DNA of 64,000 nt from Octopus bimaculoides (lineage: Eukaryota): positions 42,054,654 to 42,118,653 of the forward strand of contig NC_068981.1 in NCBI RefSeq assembly GCF_001194135.2, in the 5' to 3' direction. This document shows positions 52,656 through 64,000 of this stretch, piece after piece. The position numbers were made by a program, and so were the translations under genes. Below the pieces are notes generated by a model. It worked only from the letters and a program-made list of their open reading frames with translations. It was not told the DNA's origin and made no database searches. Numbering within the stretch: position 1 is the stretch's first letter; every line of letters starts with the position of its first letter.

Positions 52656-52865
52656 TGTATGTATGTATGTGTGTGTGTGTGTGTTTGTTTGTGTCTGTGT
52701 TTGTCCCCCCAACATCGCTTGACAACCGATACTGCAAAAGAGGCCGATAGAATAAGTACTAGGCTTACAAAGAATAAGTCCTGAGGTCTATTTGCTCGAC
52801 TAAAGGCGGTGCTCCAGCATGGCCGCAGTCAAATGACTGAAACAAGTCAAAGAGTAAAAGAGTAA
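52202..52865 (+). mobile_element. SINE family A, young full-length copy with expanded internal microsatellite
   Basis: Head ggcgcaggagtggctgtgtggtaag, internal TA/N/(TATG)n/(TG)n, a deletion of about 33 bp in the 3' half relative to the 61843 copy, and tail gagtaaaagagta. Confidence 0.95.
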
Positions 52866-55618
52866 TATAGATAACTATACGAATGGCTAGTTGCACCGTG
52901 ACATCACTTCAACAAGAAAAAGAAGTAATTTGGTAAAAGAAGATGCAAGGCTTTCTTAACGATTCTAAAAGTGGTTATTTGGAAATGATTGTAGAATAAG
53001 AATGCTAAGATCAATAGACGAGGTGTGAAAATAAGATAGAAATGATGGAAGGAGGATCTTCTATGCTTCTACATTACCTGACTACAAATATAAACATCTC
53101 AACGTAATGTATGTCAGCCATATCAGCATGGCGGATGTCCTCCTGTCATCATAACGCAGGAAGAGTTGTCATGAATCACTAAGCATTGTTGTGGTGCACT
53201 CGAAGTTAGTTCAAAGAGCTGAGGTGCTACTTTTTGAGGCCTTAACACTGCGGCAAATAGAAAGAAGTGCCTATTCGTCGATCTGTAAAATCCAAGTGAG
53301 TTTATAGGTGTTATTAAATTTCGTTGATATGAGGAAGGAACAAATTTGGCTTTTCGAACACAAATCTTTACAGACGAGTTCTTCTGTATATAGGCTGTCT
53401 CCAACATCTGGGAATCTAGGAAAACACTTCAGTACAACCATTCAGCCTTCAAACAATTTGATGTGACTATTACCTGAGAAAACATCTTGTGTTATTGACC
53501 CTTTTTTAGGAAGTGTCTACGTATTCGTTCATCTCAGTTGAAAAAACAAAAACAAAAAAAAAAACAGCCAAATTTTCCACAAACCAAAGGTCACACTAAA
53601 AAAGACAGTGCTAGATACTGGTTTGCCTTGCGGTTAAACAACAGTCAAACTTTTATACGAATTAAAATTAACTGTGATACAAAAGCTTTCGTGTTTTTAT
53701 GCTACCTCATTTTAGATCGGTGGGTCATCCTAGCCTGAAATAACTAATATTAGGTAGACTAACTGTCAAGAATTATATATATCTTGCTCGTAGTAACAGT
53801 GCAATGCCGTTGACAGTTTACAAACGTATGAAATAACTAGTTGCCAACATGCTCGTAATTCTCCTACGGCATTTGATCGTATCATTAAGGCACAGATAAT
53901 TGGCTAGAGTAAATAATTGGCAAATATGTGGTGAAATTGCAATGAAATAACAAACCTGATGAACAGAGATAACATCCTAGTTCCAAATAAAAGTTGAACT
54001 TTGAGCAAGGCAAAGTATAAACGTGAGATAAGTAAGATATCAACTAAAAAGTAAGTGAATGTAGTAAAGAAAAACATCGAAAAAAATCATTAAGGTGAAA
54101 AATTATGACATTCAGATAATTTTGATAATTTTATGTTTTAGTTTAAATTTAGAAAGGAGTCAATACTTCCTTTCATCCTTCAAAGATCGATGAAATAAGC
54201 ACCAGTGATTATAAATGTATCATGGACTCAAATATAGATATTCTGTTAGTTTTGAACAAAGATTTTGTGCCTAAGCAATAAATCAATAGTGAATTGTTAC
54301 TGATAATTTTCATTAAAAATATGTGACAATAACTACGATGTAAGTGATAATCAAAACGGATAGAGTGAATAATGAAGGATTTAAAGAGAAAGTGCTGGAG
54401 GAGTGTCCTTCTGTATTATAGTTAACAGGAGTGACATTTGACAGTCACTGAGTTGAGTTGACCAGAAGAGATATCTGCTTTTAAGTGCACATGATGCAGT
54501 AACTCTGCGAGAATGTACACAATTGTTGATTTTCGATTTTATGAAATTGTAACATCTTAAGTATTATTGGATTGGCACTTTTCCAAACGCTATCAGCGAT
54601 GGAGAAGAGGCAAGTAGTACTATGTTGCAAAATGAGTGACACCATTCTTTCCGGCAATTTAGGTCAAACAAGTAATTACTTGATAAACAAGTAATTACAT
54701 GATAAATGATTGTCAAATAGCTAATAGACAGAGCAAGCAGTAATGTAATTGCTTAACAATGAAAATTTGCACTAAAAGCAACAGTTTTGGTTTCATCGAT
54801 GATGAATGGCAATTATAGTAAAGTAATGACAACAGGTAGAAATTAAGATATATTTTCTCTAATTAGACTTGCTGCAATGAAAAAGAAAATTTTGTTCTAG
54901 TGAAAAACAAACTATATACATTGAAGTAATTCGATAATTAATGCTAAAATATGAAAGAAAAACAATGAAAACACCAGGAGAAAGAAAATTATATATAAAA
55001 TTTAAGGAAATAAAATGAATAATAAAAATGCAAAACAGGAGGGAAAAAAGAAGGAAAAAAAAAGCAAATTTCGTATCAATAGGCAGCCATTTCCTTTATA
55101 TTGGAAGAAGAATAACAATAATATACGCTAGTGGTTACGCACCAGAGAAAAAAATATAGTGAACGAGAAGTTCAATTTATGAGAATTATCGATTTCTTAT
55201 GTATTTCTCTTTTCTTCTATTTTACTAAAACTAGCTAATCTTTTCCGAATCTCATGAAAATTGCAGGGACAGTGCTTATATATTGATTTTGGTAGAGTTA
55301 AACAGACGGGTGAATAGCAGTTCTCTTGGTAAGGAGTCTGTCTATTATAGGTAGATTCTTTTTCGTCCTGTAGGCAGGATTAAATCAATTACTGCATGGA
55401 AATAAGACCCTTGCCAGTTTTGTAATGATGAATCATACCGATCGTAGACATATTTAGCGCTAGGTAGGTAAAATCGGAATTTAAGATTTTGGTTATGGAA
55501 ATAACGCAGCGCCAATGACCAGTTACGAAACAATGACTAATTGACAGAGGTCTTCGTGTCGTGATTAATTTGTCTTTTTTTTCTAGATATTATGGGTTCC
55601 GAAATACATTTTCTAATC

Positions 55619-57946
55619 CACTGTTTCTTAACCTTTCTAATATCCAGGTTAAATCCAAAATCTGGATTATTTTAGGAGGCCGCACCAATAAAAAAAGTAA
55701 ACGGCAAATCAATTAAAGAAAAAAATTGCTCTAAATACAGAGATAAGACTGTAGCAAAAAATAGTAGAGCAGTAGAATTTAATATGAAACTTGATTTTGC
55801 TTTCGACTTTCAACTAGTTTGTCAATGGTAGGAAATGCAGTACGCAAAAGCTGGTTGCCATGATGGTCAATCAACCGATTGTGATATTTTGTTTTGATAC
55901 CTACAGGTTTGCTGAAAAGTGTTTCACACACATATGGTGAACCAAATACAGAAGCATTTTACTGTGCATTAGCAATCAAGTTAGGATATTTTCGTTCTGT
56001 GATTCGATTCCAGAAGTCAAGTAACTGACTAACCTTGAATGCGGATGTCAGCTCCACATCTGACTGCAAGTCCAGGAGCTTCAAATGAAATTCGTCAGGG
56101 GCAGTGGCCGAATCTATCTCCATAGGTGTTGAAAATAGTTTCATCAAGGGCAAAGAATCTTTGATATCCTCAAAGCGGCATTCAAATTTGCCAATCAAAT
56201 CACTAATAATCGTGTACTTATTGTATGATTTGTTGTCTTTGTGCTTAGAAAGTGAGGGGAGATGAGTCGCAGTTCCACGTGCGGTTTGCGACCTCAAAAG
56301 ATGAAACTTTGTAATGAAAGGAGACACTGTGCTGTTCAATACATAGCAAAGCTTGCCCTTACTTTTTAAGGTACAGTTCAAAGTCGAAAGGTGGGCGGTA
56401 AAATATCAATGTGAAAGCCAAGCCAACATTCCGTTCCAACAATCCGTTCTCTGTTGCTAAGCTGAGGGACGATTATCTTTCCTTCAGCAAAAGCTGTGAT
56501 TTCTGAAAGAAGTTTGTAGGACCTATTGAGGCATGTGGCATGACTTAACCATCGAACAGCATGAGCACCTCTCTATAGTCAGCATCAATATCCACCTGAA
56601 GCTGCTTGAAATTACGATGGTTCACGACTTTTGCACGAATCCAATTTATGATTGATATTGTGGCCTCTGTTACATTGGCCATTTTCAGCGACTTAGCAAT
56701 GATATTTTCCTCGTGTATAACTCAGTGGTGTCATATCACAGGAGGAAAGGTGCCCTCTGCTCGCTATCTGGCAATGAGTCCTTGAAGACTTTGTTACTGT
56801 CGAAGCATAAAAGGACCTCCATTTGCGACAAGCAAAAACAGCTTTGACAGATCTAAATGTGTTTGTTTAAGAATGCATTCATGGAATATATCTGTGCTTT
56901 TGTTGAGCTCTGAATTGAACGCAAAGTCAGAAATCATCTGTAATTCTGGAAATCAAGCATGACTAACCCTGGTGGACACAGCTAAAATACTCTATATCAG
57001 TAATGTTTTTTGTGCCATCAAGAACAACAAAGTAGCAAACAATATCCCCCTACTTACTGAGAAGCTAGTCTTATAGGTCACTAGATATGAATTCAACAAG
57101 TCGAGTTACTGTATCATTGCTGAGCTGTATTTTTTTAGCATTTTTTTGAATGCTAGAACAACATTCTTGCCATCCGAATACGTAACTCTGTATGATGCCA
57201 TTGTTACGTCTTTAGACTCACATGTTTGAAGAAATTCGTTTGCTCTGTGCGCACTGATTTAAGAATTCCAAGTTCGTTTTCTTTGATTCTCCTTTGTAAC
57301 AATCATATTCTACAGAATGAGTTTTGTCATGCTTCTCAACATTAAACGACTTCAAACTATTTATCACCACAAGACAGAGAAGGCAATTGCGCCTTGACGT
57401 CTTTTTCAATCCCCAAATATTTTATTTGCCTATCGGCTTGAAATGCACGGTTCTTTTGCATAAGTGTACAAGCTTTCTTCCGAAGGTAATTCTGCCATGA
57501 CAGTGTGTGTGTGTGTGTGGGGGGGTAATAAATGCATCAATGAAGGAATGAATAAGAGCTGACCAAGTGGCTTCTTGCTTTACCAACGCCGGTAATCGAA
57601 AGTCATAGCACGCGCAGATCAATAATGCTAATTTACTGTTCTGTGATTGGTCTGTCTGAATAACCTTTTCCTGTGTAGTGTGTGCGCGTGTGTGCATCTT
57701 AATGTCTACGCTAAATCATCGCAAGTTCGAGTGAATGAAAGGAAATAATGCGATTCCGTTGAAGATGGAACCTGCTTGATATTTTTCAAAAGCAATTAAT
57801 TTTAGTACCACTATTTTTAAATATGCATGAGAAACTTTTAAAATTAGGAGATTTTATAATATTTAAAAAAAGAAAAAATTCGAGGGCCCCCAGAAGGCTG
57901 CTTGAGGGCAGCATGCGGCCTTGGGAGCCGCCGTTGATAACCGCTG
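55619..57946 (-). mobile_element. Charlie/SPIN-group hAT DNA transposon, near full length but inactivated
   Basis: TIRs cactgtttcttaac and gttgataaccgctg, with 8-bp flanks ttcTAatc and attTAatg. Transposase remnants are CLLC...KSFNVEKHDKTH (N-terminal Zn motif), KIQLSNDTV, IHEENIIAKSLKM..., and ORF 55959..56381 (LLDLQSD...LLDFWN...KYPNLIANA, the hAT C-terminal dimerisation region). Many stops and frameshifts are present. Confidence 0.9.
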
Positions 57947-57949
57947 ATT

Positions 57950-58900
57950 TAATGTGTCATTTTCCGCAAAAGTTTGATGTGATTGGAAGAAGATTGGGTT
58001 ACTATTACAAGAGGCCGAACGACAACGTAAAGCTTCCTTCGTGGGCAAGTGGCCCTTTCACATTTGCTCCTTATATTATGCTTTACCGATTCCAAGATTT
58101 GTAATCTTAATAATCCAATGCTAAAGCTGACATAAAATGTCAGCATTATTGCCGATTTAAAAACAAAAAAAATCCTAACTTCAAATCGCATCGGATTTGA
58201 TTATACTCTTCAACTTCCCCTGAAAACAACATAAATACCAGTAATACACTACATCAATTAAATTCATTTCCTTGATTAATCTTAATTACAGTGCATCCAT
58301 ACTCTACTAAAATAAAATCAATAAATACACTGACGATTCTTCTCGTTCTGTCTGTTTTGACGTTTATAACGTTTTGTTGTCATTCTGCTGGTGACATATG
58401 GTTTGATTAAAACGTTTTTTTATTGAATATTATGCTTTTATGGGATAATTTTGCACATGAAGAAACAGACTTCTTACTGTCTAGTTAATATCATCAATAG
58501 GTGTAGGTATAAGCGTGTAATCTAAAAATACGTTTCGAAATCACGTGGTAATAACAACAATACTCTGAGATGATTTAAATTATTTACTCGAAATAAATCA
58601 ATAAATAAACTACCAAATATTTGCTATTTCTTCTCACTCTTTCGATTCCGATGGTGCATGAATTGGATTATCTAATAAAAAAAAAATCCGGTAATATTGC
58701 ATTGGAGCAGAGTGTAATGATTTGGTAGAAGTAGCGAAGCTCCTGATTAAGTTTCTCACACTATTTAGCACCGTCCATCTTTTATCCCAACTACCTGCGG
58801 CCTGCAAATTAAGTACGACTGATAAACCGTACCAAGTTTGATCAGGAGTAATCGTCTTGTGCAAATATTGATTTTGCAGCTAATAACAAGAAATCAATAT
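57950..58900 (-). mobile_element. CR1/L2-like LINE 3' relic
   Basis: TVYQSYLICRP...AAGSW...LNSVRNLIR (cf. LYxSLIRPxLEY...W...LExVQ) at about 58720-58850, and GSFTLSFGLL***P (cf. SFxYxGxxLWNSLP) at about 58000. Confidence 0.4.
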
Positions 58901-60324
58901 CGGATAGATATTCAGTTTAAATAAAATTGAAGGTCTGCCGTTGGCACTTAAAGGGGACGTGTCAATAGCATTAGGAATGAGGCAAAGATATATAGCAAAC
59001 AAAGAAATCTATGATTAATCAGCATTTGAAATCTGTCTATCCACAAGCTATACAAGAAATCCACAATTTAAAGGTTTGCATTTGAAAATAAAGAAATATC
59101 AGAGTGTTATAAAAGAATACAATGAAATCATACAAATAGTTGAATAATGGAACATAATAACTTCAGTAGACTTCAGGCATATATTTTATTTTGAAAGGAT
59201 ATGAATCTGAAAAGGAAAGAAAAAAAAACATAAAGCATTGTAATCATACGTGCTCAGTACTTAAACATAGCTTCCGCCGGAAGAACAGGTCTTCTCGTCA
59301 TAAAATAGATGCATTAAGGATTGTTAGCAGCTTTCCAATTATATATCTTTTACGATCTTTTTTTATATCTATATATACTAGATTCAGTGTGTATTTCATT
59401 CTTTGCACGGAGTTAAATTTTGCTTTGTTATATTTCCTTTACTTGCCATTATATATGTATCATATTCGAAAGTCTAGCATTCTTATAAACACCTTTGTTA
59501 AGATAACGCTCCATTTATAATTCGTTCAATCGTATAATCTGAAAATGAAACCATACAACTTTGTTTCTGTTCGTCCATACATTAATCGTAACAGAAATTG
59601 TGCGAAATATCTAAGTATTATATAGACCTTTCTTTTCTTTGGGTTTCGTCTGAAAATTTCTACGTACGATCACTTAAACAGCATTTATCGGCATATTTGT
59701 CGTGCATTACAGGAATAAAAAAATAAATGGCTTCCGAGGGACTATTTATTTTGTATACATTTACATTATATCTTTCTTAAAGAACGTTTGAGGAGGAATT
59801 ATAAGAGACACTATTCTACTGAGATTTCAATAAACGGGAGTCGAAATGACATGGTTTGTCGCTCAAAGCATTCATGCACGATACAGAATAAGTTTGATCA
59901 GTTCCCTATCACAAATAAACAATGAAAATTCTGTATTCTTACTATTAATATTCTAGCGTAGCCCTTATGGATAACTTTGCGTAAGTCTATAATTTATAAT
60001 GGAGCAAACCATTATAAGGGAGATCTGTTATATTGATAATATTCCTCGTTTAAGGCATTACGTTCGTTTATTCATTACCATGATGCAAGTTCTAACTTCA
60101 CACGTAAACCAACTCATTGATGTTATTGATGTAGAAAAATCAAAAATGTTAGCTATGAACTGGCTAAAATAACCAGTATGTTGCCTATTATACATTTTTT
60201 GGATGTTTTGGGGATTTGATATTAGAAATTGTACCATTCTACTACTTTAGACTATGATATCTCACAGGTTTCGAATATATAATCTGTCTATCTGCCTACA
60301 TCGCTGTAAAAGAATAAAAGAATT

Positions 60325-60762
<438 letters not shown>

Positions 60763-60799
60763 ATAGAAAGTTACACACCACCAATATGCGTCAAAAACA

Positions 60800-61000
60800 A
60801 TATTGCTGTTTAGCTCCAGGTTATTTCTGTTGAAGCGGGCTTCGGATTTAAAGATAAACTAGCCTCTTCCTATGTGTAGAGAACCCAGTAACATATTAGC
60901 CAACGCTTCTTTATTAAGAAACAGTGGTTTGTAATTTGGAGAAGATTAGATGCTAATTTTAGCAGGCCACATGACTAGTTAGAGGTTCACGTGATGGCTA
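60800..61000 (+). mobile_element. Dispersed repeat family C
   Basis: attgctgtttagctccagg... and tttggagaagattagatgctaattttagcagg...agaggtt. Confidence 0.5.
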
Positions 61001-61479
61001 GGAAAACAATGGTCTCTTACATAACAACTCTGATCCAACGTTGGTTTTCACATTACCCCATCAAAATGAACAAGTATCCTCTCTCACTATTCTAGCTCTC
61101 TGTCTCTATCTCATAATATTTTCGCAGGCGACGTCTCAAAATATATGATAGTTCTTGTCAATGTCGATAACGTTCTCTGCCACATATGACGTCTTCATTT
61201 CTTTGGTAACTACCGTTAGAATTTCCAAAGAGGCTACTTAAGTTAAAATTTTATCTTATATAATTATTAAAAAAAAAATTTGGTGTAAACAGACTTGTAG
61301 ATGTCTGACATGATAACTTTAGAGCAAAGTAGCCTACAGCTATATTCCATCCATAACTAATCTTCAATATCTTTCATTTCTTTTTAGCTCGATTATTAGC
61401 CGTGTATTAGTACACATCAGCAAATAGAGCTTATATTCTCCAGCTTTAGCCCGTTTCTGATAAAGCGTGCACTTAATAA

Positions 61480-61730
61480 TCATTAGGCGTGCATTTTACA
61501 CTCGCGATTACCAGACCGAGCAGTACGTTGTGTTCTTGAGCAAGACACTCCATTGCTCGTTACACTGCGATCATTTTGACACCTGACGTGTAGAACACCG
61601 TGTACTTGCTCGGGCAATGTCGATTTGATAGAGGGAGTGAGCTAATGTACAGAAATATTTGATCACTATAAACAAATCATCAATGCAGATTATTCAGCAA
61701 CAAGTTGCGGAACGCTCAGCTGCCGTTTAC
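61480..61730 (+). mobile_element. SINE family E-like fragment
   Basis: accagaccgagcagtacgttgtgttcttgagcaagacact is a core-like segment that follows a decayed tRNA-like head. Confidence 0.5.
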
Positions 61731-61842
61731 AACTATCATACACAACTATCATACGCAACTCTCTTACACTTTTGTTCAGCTACCTCATTTCTCCTGCAAT
61801 AAACACATCTTCAACCACCGTGCACGACAAATATAAATATAT

Positions 61843-62260
61843 ACTCTTATAGTCTTGTACTCTTTTACTTGTTTCAGTCATTTGACTGCGGCCATGCTGG
61901 AGCACCGCCTTTAGTCAAGCAAATCGACCCCAGGACTTATTCTTTGTAAGCCTAGTACTTATTCCATCGGTATCTTTTGCCGAACCGCTAAGTTACGAGG
62001 ACGTAAACACACCACCATCGGTTGTCAAGCAATGTTGGGGGGACAAACACAGACACACAAACATATACAGACATACATATATATATATACATATATGCGA
62101 CAGGCTTCTTTCAGTTTCCGTCTACCAAATCCACTCACAAGGCTTTGGTCGGCCCGAGGCTATAGTCGAAGACACTTGCCCAAGGTGCCACGCAGTGGGG
62201 ATGAACCCAGAACCATGTGGTTGGTAAGCAAGCTACTTACCACACGGCCACTCCTGCGCC
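61843..62260 (-). mobile_element. SINE family A, young full-length copy
   Basis: Near-complete reverse complement of the 52202 and 6445 copies, with a short internal microsatellite. Confidence 0.96.
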
Positions 62261-62312
62261 TATACATTAAAAAATTCTGCAGCAATGATTACATTTCTAA
62301 GTCATATATAAT

Positions 62313-62515
62313 TTCGATTTCAAATTTTGGTACAAGGCAGCCATTTTGGGGGAAGGAGTAAGTCGATTCCATCGACCCCAGTGGGCAACTGATTCATATT
62401 TTATCGACTCCGAAGGGAGGGAAAGCAAAGTCGACCTCGGCAGAACGTGAAGACGGACGAAATACAGTTAAGCATTTTGCCCGGTGAGCAAACGTTTCTG
62501 CTATCTCGCTGCCTT
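62313..62515 (-). mobile_element. SINE family B with 14-bp TSD, B-box region deleted
   Basis: Flanks aagtcatatataat (62299-62312) and aagtcatgtataat (62517-62530). It lacks the ggaatttgaa(a/c)tc segment seen in the 12442 and 19330 copies. Confidence 0.9.
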
Positions 62516-62836
62516 CAAGTCATGTATAATATCATGTAAACATAGACATTGTTCAAATAAAGTAGTCGTATGTAAAACACTAAACCCAAACAATTCTAAA
62601 AACAAACACCTCTAACCATCTTAGTTCATAAAAATTCAAAATGTTACAATGACGCATGGCCGCAAGACGTCTATATATATATATATATTTCACTAACACT
62701 CTGCTCTTCTGATTTTGACTGTACTAAAAACAAAAACAGGTAATCGATTCCAACACTTTTGATATATAATTTAGCCAATATGAAATTATATAAACTTCCT
62801 TCTAGCAGTGCCAACGACATTAACTCTACAATGAAT

Positions 62837-63070
<234 letters not shown>

Positions 63071-63597
63071 ACACACATATATGTGTCTGTGTGCGTGTGT
63101 GCGTGAGTGTAGGTATGTGTATGTGCATGTGCATGAGTGTATATGAATGTGAATGTGAATACGTGTGTGTGTACGTACGAATGAACAAGCTATCATACAC
63201 CTACATACACATATATACTATATATGCATCTAGAAATTTAACCATCATACGCATATACATATATTTATTTATCTATCTTCTATCCATCTATCTATATCAA
63301 ACTTTCGACACATACACACACACAGACACACACACACGCACGCACACACAGACGATTATACACGTTATCACACACGCACACACACACGTATAAACGCAAC
63401 ACCACACACCCACATACATAAGCACAAACTCATGCCGCATACAGATATGTATCGATAGTTGACATCTCCCATTCGTATTATCTTCTTTATATTTCTGGCA
63501 GAGAAAAAGATGTTTATGTCTGATGAGGCACTAATGGCTGTTACAAAAGGTCTGAAAGGAATTAACAGACTTCCACCACTATCTCTATCCCCTACCC

Positions 63598-63626
63598 CAC
63601 TACCACCACCACCGCCACCACCACCT

Positions 63627-63675
<49 letters not shown>

Positions 63676-63676
63676 G
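63598..63676. repeat. (CCA)n(CTA)n microsatellite
   Basis: Direct reading. It is the source of the poly-P/poly-L ORF. Confidence 0.96.
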
Positions 63677-63955
63677 TCACCGAAGCCAGCCATCATTACT
63701 AGGAAAGTGGCATAATAAAATCGAAGGGTAGAATCTTTAGCGAAGCGTACGTTACAAACAACAGCGATTCATACCATCTCACACACACACGCACACGTAC
63801 ACGCAGACACACATATACACACACACGTATACATATACACGAACACACAAACACACTTGTATACTCACATATACATACGTACGTATGTATATCTGTAGGT
63901 ATTAATGTATTATTGTGTAGATCGGTGCATCTCAGTGACTATTGTGCAGATATCA

Positions 63956-64000
<45 letters not shown>

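Noticed and set aside
9190-52784. Numerous long ORFs rich in YI, HT, CV or X
   Set aside because: They arise from dinucleotide and tetranucleotide repeats and N-runs that lack stop codons, so they are not coding evidence.
53123-53407. 94-aa minus ORF, and an overlapping plus-strand segment ending in caa|gtgagt
   Set aside because: The strand is ambiguous and no host family is recognised. PQKVAPQLF...HDNSS weakly resembles LINE RT PQGSVLGPLLF...ADDT, so a decayed retroelement is at least as likely.
57960-58104. ORF 57823..58104 segment RLGYYYKRPNDNVKLPSWASGPFTF resembles the BEACH-domain VxLPPWA motif
   Set aside because: The spacing is off by one, there are no convincing splice sites, no other BEACH exons were found, the ORF start lies within the hAT end, and the opposite strand fits a CR1/L2 3' relic.

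Overview
AT-rich eukaryotic (animal) genomic DNA from a gappy draft assembly, with 14 N-runs totalling about 3.1 kb, nearly all flanked by microsatellites. The tRNA-derived SINE families and the very high microsatellite load resemble an Octopus/coleoid cephalopod genome; this is inference from recalled repeat sequences, not a database match. I found no intact, recognisable protein-coding gene, rRNA, functional tRNA or CRISPR array. The window reads as intronic/intergenic DNA filled with transposon relics: at least five short-repeat/SINE families, several RTE-like, CR1/L2-like and Penelope-like retroelement fragments, three Tc1/mariner derivatives (one with a reconstructable DD37D spacing), a 2.3-kb Charlie-type hAT with terminal inverted repeats (TIRs) and a small hAT MITE. 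Most ORFs in the supplied track are artefacts of microsatellites, N-runs or antisense reading of dead transposases and reverse transcriptases. The most unusual structures are (1) an identical 91-bp segment present twice 3,078 bp apart, with one copy between 29-bp direct repeats, which looks like a templated insertion, (2) a roughly 240-bp fold-back palindrome, and (3) SINEs that carry a microsatellite at a fixed internal site and share a core between families. A few splice-signal-bounded micro-exon candidates are listed at low confidence. I do not see convincing evidence for a new biological system.
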